This document shows, piece after piece, positions 1 to 15,098 of a DNA stretch of 64,000 nucleotides. Made by a program: the position numbers and the translations under genes. The DNA is from Chrysomallon squamiferum (Eukaryota; Animalia; Mollusca): contig CM022675.1 of the NCBI GenBank assembly GCA_012295275.1, positions 9,610,001 through 9,674,000 on the forward strand, written 5' to 3'. Each line of letters begins with the position of its first letter. Within the stretch, counting starts at the first letter, position 1. Below the pieces are notes generated by a model. The model was not told where the DNA came from. It made no database searches and saw only the letters and a program-made list of their open reading frames with translations.

Positions 1-19
1 ACGTGTCCCTTGCCTAGAA

Positions 20-78
<59 letters not shown>

Positions 79-732
79 CGGTGTTTATCTCTTTTAAATT
101 AAAGGTTTTTAATTCTGATCTAATATTGTTTTTATCGAAACGGTAATCTAATTACAAAGCTAAACTTTAATTTTTTTTTATTACTTAATCTTGTTGAGAA
201 CTTTATACATTCTGCTTTGTAAGGCTATGGATATGGAAGTTATTTTTATAATGTACATAATGTGTGTGTGAAGGTATGTGTGTATGTGTGATTTTGCGTA
301 AGAGTCTTTGCATCTGTTCATGTTGTGCTTAAATTATCCATTAGACTTATGAATATAAATATACAGACATTCATAATGCATGCATGCATGCATGCATACA
401 TATATACAGGCAGTCAGACAGATAGACAAACTAATACATTACAAAGTAGCAATTCCAAAAATATTAATTGTTGGTATATTTTCTTTCTTTCTTTTTTTTT
501 TTTTTTTTTGTTTTTTTTTTGGGGGGGGTAATATCTTTTTTTTTTTTTTTTTTTTTTTTTTTTCCCCCAATCCTTATTTCTTTTTTGATCGGTATCCTCG
601 GGTATAGTGCAGGGATAAGTAAATACACGACACAAATGTTTGAGTGTCAAATTTCAAACCACTAAATGACCTTTACATTCGTATCGGTTAACTGTCAATG
701 AGTAATCGCGTTATAGTCACAGTATTTATATA

Positions 733-774
<42 letters not shown>

Positions 775-1510
775 TGTGTGCATATTTACAAGTAATCTAC
801 TTCACGCATTTCGGTTTAAAAGCTGGCGATTTACATAGTTAGTAGAATTATTAATACAACAAATAGCCATTAGAAATGGTAGTACTAGTAGTCGTTGGTG
901 CTGTGCTTGCTGTTTATTTATTTATTTATTTGTTATTTTTTCTATATATTATTAAGCGTGTGTGTGTGTGTGTGTGTGTGTGCCCATTTTTATTTACTGA
1001 AAATAAAAATTAATAACTACTGTTTTACGCAGTATTTAACTGATGAATTAATTACTGTTATTATCTTGGATCGCCTAAATCAACACCAATGGTTCAACCA
1101 AACAGAACTGATCCTAATGCAATCAGTTCTTCTTCAAGTGTGTAAGTTAACATGAATGAAAAAGTGTTATAACGTGTTAAAATATAATGAATGTGTGTGT
1201 GTGTGTGTGTGAGAGGGGCTTTACGTATGATTTTATGACGTCACGAATACATTTACATATCGGTAGTTTAATTTTAGCTCTCACGTTAGACGTTGCTTTC
1301 AAATTTCATCTTTCAACAGATTTAAAATGTAATGAATACGTGATATACTCGATAAAAATATAATATAATATTATTTATTTATTTATTTATTTATAGAAAA
1401 CTGGAGTTTAATGAAAAATAAAGGAAGTTTCGACATTCGTCAAGTAAAACGCAGTCTGAAGAAACAAGGACACAAATCGGTAAATTTGAAGTTTAAAACT
1501 AGGTCTTGAC

Positions 1511-1543
<33 letters not shown>

Positions 1544-1669
1544 GTTGTTTTGCAGCATTGTATTTTATAAGACTAAAAAGGTAAATTAAAACACCAGAAT
1601 CTGGATCAACTAAAAAAAGTTTTGTCATTTCAACAAAATTTTCCATTTCATTCATTTTTAACGTCTGCT

Positions 1670-2160
1670 TCACCGCCATTTTTTGAACAGTGGATGGGGG
1701 ATGAGAAGTAAAAAAAAGGCGAAAGCTTTATTCAAGTGAGGATAAACCAGTTTGTTATTGTATGAAATGAAAAAAAAAACATAGCTGATCAGACAAAATC
1801 CTTGAGTTATTTATTTATTTAGTTTAATTTTAGAATTATTGTTTTTTAAGATGATAGTAATATTAAATTTCAATAGAGATTATCATTATAATGGTTATTT
1901 CGACGTTTAAATTTAAATTTTATTAGTATTATGTCGTTATCATCGTAGTTGACTTTTTATTTTAATAAAGTAAAATAATAATGCTTTTGAATTTGCTCTT
2001 TTAAAGCGATCTTTTGAACGTGAGTAAAATTTCTTTAAAAGGCAGGAGGAAACTAAGAATACGAAATAATGAAACCAACAACAACAACATCCAATAATCT
2101 CCACGCTGAAAATAATTTTGACGTTTGTTGCATTCGCTTCCATCTTGATAGTTTTCGAAA
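1670..2160. promoter_or_regulatory. Probable ATXN7L3 promoter region, possibly bidirectional
   Basis: CpG-richer stretch directly upstream of the ATG at 2160. YY1-like motifs CGCCATTTT (~1674-1682) and CCATCTT (~2140-2146). Confidence 0.35.
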
Positions 2161-3115
2161 TGGTTGAAGTTGATTATTCCATTCGAGAAGACAGCGACGT
2201 GAGGGAAGAAAGTTGTGTACGTTTCAGCATATTGCTTTGCCTGCATTTTTCTCTTTTTTAAAAATAATAACAATGTCTCAGCAGTTTTCTCATTTGTAAA
2301 ATAAATTCTCCCTTGCGCAAGTCTATGGAAAAAAAAAAAAAGTAAATAAATTAAATGAAAACTAAAATGTGTCTCTTTTTATGCTTGATGATTAATCATG
2401 TTCGTGTATGTACACGCACTCGAATAATCATTCAGTTACATATTCGTGTCAAAATAATTTTGATTTCTTAAGCTTTACAGATGCACTGATCGAACGCCGG
2501 TGAAATTTAAATAACGCCGTTAGTCCTGTCTTGTTTAGAGTACTGAATCATGAATGTTTATTTATTAGTTTTTTAAGTCAAAGAACATTACAGTCTGGTA
2601 TAAAATATAAAAAATAAATAATATTATTTTTTTTTAAAGTAAAAAAAAATAAATAAATAAATAAATAAATAAATAAAAAATAAAAAAATAAAAAATAAAT
2701 AAATAAAAATAATAATTATTGAATTTATTGAAAATGAAGTGCTTATTAATTATTATTATTATTAATATTAAATATTTATACCAAACAATACAACCATAAT
2801 TATTTTTTATTCATTATAATAATATAAATTTAAATAATGCACTATTTGACATTTTAATGTTTTTGGTAGATATTTACTGAAACTTTTTTCTCCAAAATTT
2901 GTTCATGTCATCAGGTTATTAAGATAAAATTTTAAATTATATTTTCACAACTCTTGAACTTAAAACATTTTATTTCTTGGAATGACTTCAGAACTGCTAT
3001 AATATCTTTCTGCCTCCATGATCCCTAAATATACAATTAGTTTCAGAATTCCCTATTGGGTAAAAATGTTGACTTCTGTTCATTAACAAATTCAGAAAGC
3101 AAGTTATGTTTTATG

Positions 3116-3184
<69 letters not shown>

Positions 3185-6100
3185 CATTATCATTATTTTT
3201 ATTTTTATTATTATTATTATTATTATTATATTATTATTATTGTTATTATTTTTATCATTAATTTTATCATCATCATTACTGCATTTATTGTTATTCTTTT
3301 TCTTTCTTTTTTCTTTCTTTCTATATTTATTTCTTTTCATTTTTTCTTTTTTCTTTTTTAAATTGTAATTCTTGCAATCAGCTGGGAACTTACAGATTTT
3401 TAAATTACTTATAACAACATTTGCATTAATTAATTAGTTATTTCAAGGAAAACTATTTAATCAGCATTTTATTTCAAAATGGAGTTTGACTGGGAGAGTT
3501 ATTAATGTCAGATCAAATTGATAATAATAAATAATAATACTACTAATAAAATAAAATAAGAATAGAAATATTTAATGATAAGTAATAATTTATGTTTCTT
3601 AGACTATTTGAGGTATACTAAGCTCCTTAATTATACCGTGGTCTTTGGCTGTAGGAGCTTTCTGGATCAAATCTCTTAGTCATAAACCAGTTTCCTATTC
3701 CAAACAATGATATTTGTATTCATTTATTATAAACAGACAAGTCTGCTTTCCAGTTTTCACAGAAATGCAATTAAATGAATTTTTATCGTCTTGTCAAGAT
3801 AACAAATTTTTGCACTTCGTTGTTATAATGAAATGTATTTGTATCTTACTTAGAAAAATAATAATAATAATAAAAAAAATAATAATAATAAAAAAAATAA
3901 TAATAACAAATAAAAATTAATAATTTATTTCAATAGTACTGTTTAAAGAAGAAAAAAAATTAACTATATATTTAGTCAGCTCTTATGAAAAGCATGGCAA
4001 TATTTTTTCTTTATTTTTTTTCTTCAAGAATTCAAATATAACAAATAATTTATATACCAGCTTTGCATCAGAGAAAACTCTTAAAGTGTATCATTAAAGT
4101 TAATGTGAATATATTCTTTGTGTATCAAGTAACTTGCACTGTAATTGTTAAGACATGCTTTGAAATGATTAAAATTCTCTAAAGATTATCTTTAACATGA
4201 TTATTTTACTGTGTAATAATGTGATGGAATGGAGAAAGAACTCACAAGGTTTTGAATTTTTAAAAATCTAGAGAAAGAGTGACAAAGTTTTCTTTTCGGG
4301 TTTTTTACAGTTTTTGAAATTTTAATTTACACAAAGATGTGATAACGGATTTGAGAAAGAAATTAAAAGATTTCCTATTTTGAGAATTTTTTGATATTTT
4401 TTTGTTTACAGAAAGAAGTTATGATGGATCTTATAGACGAAGTGATTTTAGGTTTGTGTTTTGAAGTTCATCGCTCAACTCGTACTGGAACTTTGTTTTT
4501 AGCAGATACTGATCCCGCGTGAGTATTGATTAATATTCATCATATCAGCATTTTAATATTCATTACATTGGTAATGAATATTAAAATTTTGATATTTGTA
4601 ATACCATAGAAGGTTACATCATTGGTTTTTGAGGTCTTTCTTTTAGTAAAATTTGTTTTGTCTTTTTAAATTTGTTTTAAAATTATAAGTTTAGAATTCA
4701 TTTAATAAATACATTTGCTATAATTATATATTTATTTGTAGTCAGTAAATGAATACTAATATTATAATGACTTTGTTCTGAGATGATAAGGTTAGGATAA
4801 TTAAAAGCTGTCATATTTGTTTATAAAACCAAAGATAATTAGAAATATGTCTAAATTTCTAATTTAATTTTTTTCAGTTCTGAAAAACAACACGGTATGT
4901 ACTTTTTCATATCTAAATCACTAAATGAATTAAAACTGTAAACAAAATTTAGTTAATAAAAGATTTATGTTAAGTAGATTATAATTTATAATTTTTTTTT
5001 TATTAAAGACTAAAGCTAATGGTCTTTCATTTTCATTTCTTCTCCTTTTTTAAATATATACATTCATTTAATTGATAATAGTGGCCATTGTTATTCAGAA
5101 AATTAATTTATGATCACAAAATTACTAACAGAAATAGTTTAACCTATCCTAAATAATAAATACTCATTCTTTCTACTGGTCTGTTAATAAGTGTTAATTA
5201 GAATGCCATATTATTACAAAATGTTTTACTAAAAAAAGAAGAAGAAATAAATAAATAAATAATAATAATAATATAAAAAATAACATAACTTTTAATAATT
5301 TTTTATGCAGAAATGAGATGAAGTTTGATTAAATGATATTCATTTCTTTATTCATTCTGTCTTTCATTCATTCTTTGTTTCTGTTCAGAAGTAATCTGTC
5401 GTCCTGGTGTTGATGTGTTTGGTCAGATTCCCACTAAGAAACAGTTTGAGTGCATCTGTCCTCATTGTCAGCGCCATCTGGCAGCTTCCAGGTTTGCTCC
5501 ACATTTGGAAAAATGTATGGGCATGGGCAGAAATAGTTCTCGGATAGCTAGTCGAAGGTTTGTACTCGAATAAAAAGTCAAAACGTTCAGGATAACAATT
5601 CTGCTTTCTTTTTTATTTGTTTTTCATTTCTGGTCAAAATAAATAAATTATTTGTTTTCATTTCTCATTTTTATAATTTGATATTTGTACAATTTATTTG
5701 TTTTTGATTTAAATTAAGTTTCATTATTATTGTTATTATTATTTTAAATTAATTAAAATACAGTAATTAAAGATGTAGTTTCTAGTTAGATTTATAATAA
5801 ATTATTATTTTCATTTTATTAAAAGAACTATTTAAGAGCATTATTATTAAGTATATCAACATACATTCTAAAAATTCTTACCTATATTTAAAATAAAACA
5901 AATCCCAGTAACTTCAAATTCTGTTGCACAAAATTCCACCCAAAAAATCAAACAACAAAGATTGAAGCAGATAAAATATTTACCAATTACACAACTTTTA
6001 ATTAATATTTTTATTCTCTCATGAGAAACATATACTGAATCTCTGTCTTTCCGTACATATGTATTAAAATATTTTTTTTGTTTCTTTTTTAAATGACAGA

Positions 6101-8727
6101 ATTGCTCACAACACAAAACGAGACAGTGACGACAGTGCTGGTGATGATGATAATGATAATGAGTGGACTCTTGTAGCAGATAAAAAAAGTATTCGCCATT
6201 TTTTCAGCATAGACTTAGATGTTGTTGTGAATTTTATAATCTGTCAAAATGTGACATTAATAATAAGCAACATGCATAATTTACATACTTTTCTAATCAC
6301 ACACAGACACATCAGAGAAACAGACCTACACATAAACATGCACATCACATATGTATATGAGCATATTTTATAAAATTTTAATGCATATAAAGTGTTCCTA
6401 TTCACATATATATATATATATATATATAAACAACATGAAGTAAACACACTGAAGCTTTGCTGCTGGGTTTCAAAAGAGCCCAAAGCAGCCTAAAAAAAAT
6501 CTCAAACTATTTTATTATATATAATCTTCATTTGTTTAATTGAAAACTGTAGATATGTTGAGGATCATACTTATTCTTTTTAGAATAGAAACTGTAGTAA
6601 TAAACATTGTTGAAGGATACATAAATGTAAATCTTTAAATGGTTTTTTATTTTTTCAGCAAAGAAATTGAAGAAAGATAAAGGACAAGTTGTCAATTCAC
6701 CAAGAAGAAGCAAATCAGGACGCTTCATAAGTAGCAAAGCAGAGGATCCAAGTATGTTTCATTGATGTGAAAAAGATACATTTATTGGCAAGGTCAAAAA
6801 CATTTTAGCACTTCAACGTCTCATAAAATACATTTTGAAACGTTCTAACAATTTACTTGATTGATGATACAAACATTGTCCATTATTTGCCAAAATTCCA
6901 AGTTATTATCTCTCTCTTTTTTTTTTTTTTTTTTTACATAAGCCCAAAATCAAAATTACATATTGAAAGTCAATAATTGTTTTTTTTACAGGTGACATAA
7001 GTAACAATGTATGATATATATATATATATTTTTTTTTTTGACATCTGACATCAGTAACAGGATTAATATTTATAGGTATTATATAGCAGATATAATGTGA
7101 TTATTTTTTTGTAGGTAACATAGGTTATAATGTTAATTATTTTCAGGTGATGACCGATCTTCCACACCTGACTCTAGTGCACTAAGTTATGAATACATGA
7201 CTATAGGTAAATTAGCACCTAATTTTGCCTGTTTGTACTAAGAAAACAATATCTGGCAAATTAATACCACTGGTTAAGTATCCCTATCTGAAAATTAACA
7301 AAATTTAAAGAAAACCAACAAGGTCTTTTTTCATTTGTTTATTTCATATTGGTATATTTACTTAATGTGAATGCATAACAGTATATCAATTTTGATCAGA
7401 TTTTCTAATTTTAAGCATTAAAACTAAGTTTACAATTTGTTTATTAGTAAAGCTTTAATATTTTTTTTTATTATTTTGTATTTGTAGAAGATAGAAAAGC
7501 TCTGTTGTTACATGTAAGTATTAATAAAATTTTACTATTCATAGATTTTATTTCTTTTTCTTCTTTCATCTTCCTTTTCATCTTCTGCTTTTTATTATTA
7601 TTAATATATTTTTTATGATTAATAAAACATACATTTTTAAGTCAAACGTTAACATACTGATTCAGATTAAGTTGTATTTTCAAGATATTCAGCCACAAAC
7701 ATCAGCTCTGTTTGAACTATTTCCAAAGATTTTTCAAAGATAATAATTGTATGTACTGTTCAGTTTAGGGGATTACTATTTTATTATTATTATTATTATT
7801 TTATTTATTTACTTAGTTTGTTTTTCAGACCTGTGGTGTAATATCAGAAAAAACAAGCAAAATGTGCACAAGGTAAAATTAATATCAGTTTAAATAGTCT
7901 GTTAGGGTTTTATTTTGTTAATGTATATAATTCTTAAGAAACAAAGAAAAATTATAGTTTGGACAGGTACATTTCAAATATTTTTTCAAAAATCTTTTGT
8001 TCACATTAAAAACATACACTAAATCTTAGTCTTTCTGTATATAACTAATTCATTTAGAGAAATATTTTTAAACTTTAACATATTCACTCAAATTTCTTTA
8101 CCAAAAGATAAAAAATATTTTGTTTTTGTTTCCCTAACTTCACTAATAAAAAAGTATTGATCTGTTTTTGTTGTGCTTGTTATTGCTATTATTGTTCTTA
8201 TCATATTGTTCTGTTGCTATTGTTACTGTTGTTATTATTATTATTATTATTAATAATATTATTATTGTTATTATTATTATTGTTATTAATAATATTACTG
8301 TTATTGTTGTTGTTGTTGTTGTTGTTAAGAGATTGTGAACTACAACTAAGTTATTCCTCTTTGCAGATCTGTCCGGTGTCCTCAGCACACAGATGAACAA
8401 AGACGACTTGTGAGAATAACTCTCCTCAGATCAGCCACGTAAGCAGCTTTAGTTCCGTGCTTCTTAAACTGGTGATTTGGTCACCCACTGGGTGACTGAA
8501 ACCATTTTTTGGATGAATGAAACTAGAGACAAAATAATTGGCAAAATTTTTTTTTTATCAGATAAATGCAATTTTCTTACAGAGACTCAAGGGTTTTCTG
8601 AATGAAATAGTTTTAAAAAATAATTATTATTCAAATAACAAACAACTGACCAAGCTGTACATTATCAAATGGGATATTATTTTACTTTATTACATTGTCA
8701 AATGAAATGTTATTTTATTTTGTTAAA

Positions 8728-8780
<53 letters not shown>

Positions 8781-9583
8781 ATTCTTGTATTATATATGTG
8801 TGTGTGTATAGATAGATAGACAGACAGACAGACAGATTATATATTTATTTATTTATTTATTTATTTATTTCAGTGGTGTAGGAGATGGTGAAGATGTTCA
8901 TGTAGACATTGACAGCTATGATGATGCTGAGAATCAGTCTTTACGAGAAACACTGCAGTGGGAAGCATCTTCCAACTCTTCACCTGCTGACTCCAATTCC
9001 ACTAACAACAGTAAGTTAGTTACATTATTTTGTAACACTGAGAGCTATTTTACTTAACATTTTTAAAATCTAAGGCTATGGCTGTTAACTGCATCTTGAA
9101 TGCAGCCAGCACCTTCACAAATTCATATTTTTGTTATTGTGACCATTATTATTATTATTATTGTGTTTATTACTATTACTGTTGTTGTTATAGTTGTTTT
9201 ATTTTTATTTATGCTGTTATCACTGTTGTTACTTTGTTGTTGTTGTTGTTATTATTATACTTAAAACAGCTAATACTATTATTATGATTATTATTGTTAT
9301 TACTACTGCTGTTAGTAGTAGCAATACTACTACTGTACTGTTATTTTTATAAATGTTATTATTAATTACTGCTACTACTATTACAATGGCTATTGCTATT
9401 ATAATTTATATTATAATAGGCACTGGTTCTAGAAAAAGATCTCGTAAGACATCAGGCTCAAAGGGAAACAAGAAGAAAAAGACATCAAAGTCGGCATCAA
9501 CAAATAACATGAATGCTGCTGCCAACAACAACAACAACAACAACAACACCAGCACCAGCACCAACATGTATGACTTCAGCTGA
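2160..9583 (+). CDS. ATXN7L3: Ataxin-7-like protein 3 / SAGA-associated factor 11 (SAGA deubiquitination module subunit), 12 coding exons, 344 aa
   Basis: GT-AG exons with consistent phases: 2160-2216, 4412-4518, 4878-4894, 5389-5557, 6100-6188, 6659-6751, 7147-7206, 7488-7513, 7829-7872, 8367-8438, 8874-9010, 9420-9583 (1035 nt). Translation has [10 protein letters not shown], the Sgf11 zinc finger [36 protein letters not shown] and the SCA7-type finger [28 protein letters not shown]. Exon 1 ([19 protein letters not shown]) is the least certain. Confidence 0.95.
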
Positions 9584-10602
9584 GTCAGTGATTCCATAGT
9601 TAATCGGTTTAGTTTCTGAATCGAGACATGTTCTTGTTTCTTTTGTTAAAATTGATTTCAATGCTCATTTCATGTCGTTACAACTTTATGTGACAAAGTG
9701 TTTGTCTTGTGAATTGTCAGTAACATTCATTTGTTGGGTTCTATTTTCTTTGGATATATGGATTTGTTCTGTGTTGGACTAACCAATGGGTTTTCGAGTG
9801 TCTACAGAAATTTGTTGTGTCGTTATTTTGTTTTGTAGATATATGTTGTTATGAGAGCAAATAAAAAAAATGTTAAAAGTGAGAGATGGTTTGGGGTGTT
9901 AATGTTTGGCATGAGTTGTACGATTATGTTGAGTGGTAGTATGATAATGGTGTGTCTGTTTTTGTTTCAAGTAGATTAGTCTTGTGTTTGTTTTATTAGA
10001 GTGCTTGAAGCAGGGAGACAACCTATTTGCCCATAGCTCCTAGTAATGCAGATGATCCAAGTTTGTTATTGTTTTGGCACTAAAAAGAAATGCTTCAGTA
10101 TTAATAATATGAAGAATAATAATAGTAAAAATAATAATGATGATGAAAATAATGTTAATAAATAATGATAATAAAAATAATCTTATAAGTAATAATAATG
10201 TTAATGATAATAATAATAATGCAGTTAATGTTAATGATAATAACAACAATAATAATACTGATGATATTGATAAAAACTTGACAATGTAATATTTACAAGT
10301 TAAAAGTTCTTTCAAATTAATGACCCTAGAATACAATGCTTCCTGTGGGAGAATCCTTTCATGATTTAAATTATAATTTTTTTTTTTTTTTTTTTTCTTC
10401 CTTAATATTCATTTATTCATATTTTTTTATTTTTTTATTTTTTATGATTTATCTGTTGTTGTAAATTTATTTATTAATTCATCATAAATTCAGAATGCCT
10501 AAGCAAGTTAAAAAATAAAATAGAATGAAATTATGAAAACTTTGTTCTGTTAAAATGCTAGTGAAAAAAAAAAAAAAGAATAATAATTTTAAAAAACCTT
10601 AA

Positions 10603-10644
<42 letters not shown>

Positions 10645-10859
10645 CAAAATAAGAAAAAACAACAACAACAACAAGTGGTAGAATGTCAAGTCTGGCAATG
10701 CTTTTCTTTTATTACAAAACTGAATGTAGAATCTCAAAAATAAAATAAAACTACTTCAGTATTTATTGAAATATCCACAGGTTTGAAGATCATCTCTGTA
10801 AGCAGCTTAATATACCCTGTGTGAAAAAAAAAAAAAAAAATTTTTGTTTGTTTATAGAT

Positions 10860-11651
10860 TTCTTCAAAAATTATTACATAAGAAAACCAAAGTTGTTCAT
10901 TGGATTTATTTTTTATAATAAAAATATTATTATTTTTTTTTTTTTAAGTTCATTATTTGATAGATGCATTAGAAAAATTCTTATATAAGAAAAACCAAAG
11001 TTATTTATTAGATTTGTTTTTTATAATCAGATTATTATTAATATTGTTATTATTATTATTTTATTTAACTTCATTATTTGATAGATACATTAAAACAAAT
11101 TCTTTTTTAAGAAAATGTGAAAAAAGCAGCTGAAGTTGTTCATTAGATTTGTATTTTATAATACTGTTATTTAATTATTATTATTTCTTTTTTTTTTTAG
11201 TTCATTATGGGTCAGAGAAATTGTAAAAATTAAAATTAATTTTAAATTTGCTTTAATATTCTTAAATAAATATCACATGGAGGTCACTTAACAATTAATA
11301 TAAATTTTCTTTTTGTTTATTTTAAATCTGCTTTAATATTCTTACAACATACATCATACTTAGGGCATTTAAACTGTGACAACAATTAACATAAGTTTTC
11401 TTTTGATTTATTTTATATTGGCTTTAATATTCTTATAACTTACATTATATGATGCTGATCACATGAATAGTTGTGAAACTTAATGTATATTTTCCTTAGA
11501 TTTTATTTTATGATCATATTAATATTCTTAAAAGAGAAATAATAGAACCCTTTTGTCAAAAAATACAATGGTTGTGGGATAACCACTATTACAATGATGG
11601 GACAACTGTCATTGGTCAGGTTTTAGCTTTGGTGCATCTGCTTGTAAAAAA

Positions 11652-11699
<48 letters not shown>

Positions 11700-14292
11700 T
11701 TTTTTTTTTTTTTAATTGTTAGGTCAATGGAAAAATCACACTGAGTTAGACAAATACCAAATGGTTTCATAAATGAAAAATTGCAATATCTGAAAATGCT
11801 AAAATCTTACTAGTTTTACTAGTATAAATTCCACCTTCTCAGTATTTTCAGGCAATTGTAAAAAAAAACTTTTAAAATTTATTATACAATATAACATTCT
11901 TAGGTATTACTTCATATTTTGTTTTGTTTCATTTTATTTCATTGTATTTTATTTTATTTTATTTTATTTTATTTGTTTATTTATTTATTTCATTCTTTTA
12001 AATTCTCACATAATAGAACTTAAGTCATGATGGGAAACAATATGCATCAAGAAAACTCTGTAATCAGTAATGTTATTTTTCTATTAGATTATTAACATGG
12101 ATTCCTTTTACTTGATTCTAAATGTGAAGTCTATAACCAAAAAAATAGTAATTTTTTTAATATTTATTGATAGAGATTATCCCAAAACTTGATATTTTTT
12201 TAAATTTTCATTTAATTTTTAATATGGATAGCCTTAATGTCAAAATCGAAATTTTATATATTGATACAAATTACCCCAAAACTTGCTATTTTTTTAAAAA
12301 TTTCATTCAAGTTTTTATTATGGATAGCCCTAATGTCAAAATCTAAATTTATAAAACAATTCTTTCTTATCATGTCAGTAGAAATTGCCCAGCAGTTGTT
12401 TCCATGGGTTATTTTCTGTTCCAGTTCTGTGCCATAATAGTTAGATATACTTTCTTAGATACATTTTTTAAGTTCCAACCTCTGCCATATCATTATTTCA
12501 TATGCTTTCTAAGGGCAGTTTTCTGTTTTTACCTGGGATTTTGTGGTATGTTGTCTTTGGAATATTTCAAGTTCCAAACTCTACTCCAGAATAAAAATGC
12601 AATCATTTACTCTTTTTCTGTTCCAACTTCTGTCCTGCAGTTGTCGGATATATTTTGGGGGGACTGTTTCTTATTACGATTTCTATCCTGCAAAGTTATG
12701 TGGTAAAAAAAATTAAAGTTGTTCATTCAATTTGTTTTTTTATAATAAGATTTTTTTTTTTTAGTTCATTATTCAATAGATGCCATCGAAAATTTCTTTT
12801 GTAAGAAAAACTAAAAGAAGTTAGCCCTTGCACTTAAATCTTCAGTATATTTACAGTATTGAGTATATTGTAAAAAATAAAACCTTTTTTGAAGATGAAA
12901 ATCTTGTTTACCTGAAAATAATAAAAATAATAATAATGAAGTAAAAAGAAGCAAGGAAGAAAGGAAAAGATATGTCAAACATATTTTGTTAGTAAAATGC
13001 CTGTATCTTTAAAACATATTACTTCTTATTTTGTTTTATTTTATTTTATTTTATTTTATTTTATTTTATTTTTTTTTTATTTTATTTTATTTTGTTTATT
13101 TATTTATTTCATTCTTTAAAATTATCACTGTAATCAGATCACATAATAGAACTTAAATTAAAGTGGAAAACAGTATGCATCAACAAAACTGATCTCTGTT
13201 GCCTGCGATTGTCTTTGGGACATATCTTATTCCATCCTCAGCTCCATGATAGAAAAGCTGTCATTGGCTCGTTTTCTGTTCCAGCTTCTGCCCTGCGGTT
13301 GTCTGGTATATTTTTGTTTTGGCTATTTACTATTCCAGCCTCTTTCTCAGAAACAATTTCTCAGTCAGTTTTTGTGAAGTGTATATAAAAGAGACTTAGT
13401 TTTTCTGGTTGATGAGTTGACAGTGGGTTGTGTTTATTCTACACATAATAGAGTTTGACGTATCCAGACACTTACACCAAAATAACTGAGAACTGTCATT
13501 CAAACTGGCTTTGTTTTGTAATTTCTTATACGTCTTCAGTGTTGGAAGAATTAAATCTAGGAGATTTTGTTTCTCTTTATTTAATCATTTTAATTATTCT
13601 ATTTTATTTTTTAGTGTGTGTGTGTGTATGTGTTAGTGTGCTTGTGTGCAGAATGACTGCTGGAATTATGGTCTGTATATAGAGAACACATTCACAGAAG
13701 CCATGTTGACACAGACAGATGTGCATATTATATATATATATATATATACCTACATTGGGATATCCACAAAATACATGAAAATAATTATACTTTCATAGTA
13801 ATTCAACATTTTTATTTATTTAACATAGTTTATATCCACTATCTGTAGAACAAAACTTCATAGTGTTTTTAACATTTAAATTTTATTTATTTATTTATTT
13901 ATTTATTATAATTGATATCTGCATTAAATTCATCTTCTTTGATGCAACCTGTCTTTACAGAAGCTGGCATATAAATATGATTGATGTTACATGTAAAATA
14001 TGTCTTGTAGTAAATTCAGTTGATTTTCCTGACAGTTTATGTTCTTTCTTCTGCTTCAATAATTAGTGTTAGAACATTTTTGAAGTTGTTTTCCTTAAGG
14101 TGCATGCATTGATATGAAAACAATAACAATGTCACGAGATATCAAAAAAAAAACATTAAAAAAAGTTGTAATACTAAAATAAATAAAGAAATGTATGTTT
14201 TACACAGTTTTATTTAAATAACTTTCTACATTGAAATTAGTAGGTTTTCTTGGCTGTTACAAGACAAAACTATCAAAAACAAATAAAAATAA

Positions 14293-14323
<31 letters not shown>

Positions 14324-15058
14324 AACTCACACAGCTTGACTGAAATGAATTTCTACATACCACTGAAATCAGTCTTTTTCTTGACTGGTCTTACATTAAA
14401 CACATTTATCTTATTTCTTCACTTATGGTGACAACTTTGACTGTGTTGTGGTTGTAATTAAACACAGCATCATGTTTCTATTTTTATCTGTTATCTCCAG
14501 TATACAGAGTGAAACTTCTTTATATCAGTTATACATTCAAAGTATTTATTTCTATTTTATTTTTTTTATGTTGCTGGCATTAAATTCATTTCTTTTTCTA
14601 GGATCAAGTTGTGATATGAGATATGTTAATGCTTGTAGTGTGTATCAATTTTATTTAAATATTAGTTTTAATTTATACATATTTCATGCATTCTGTTCAC
14701 CATTGACTGGTTACATTAGAAGAAACATTCATGAATCCTTCAGTATCAATGTTACTATTTTCATTTTGAAGGGGACCTGACTGTACATCATTCCTTGCAC
14801 TGCAACAACTTTTTCTTGATTGTTTTGTGCATTTTGTTTCTGTTTCAGTGACATGCACCCACTGAATCAGATACTTTTTTTATTTGTCCTATTTTTTATT
14901 TGTCTTATATTTACTGAAATATATGGATCTACCTACCAGGCTGTTTCATTCAATAAGCACAGCTCAACTTTCTTAAATACTGTGGTTTATAACTGTCCTG
15001 TCTATGTTTTTCATGCAGCTTTCTTCTTTAAAACTATGAAAATTGTTGGAAACTTCAG

Positions 15059-15098
<40 letters not shown>

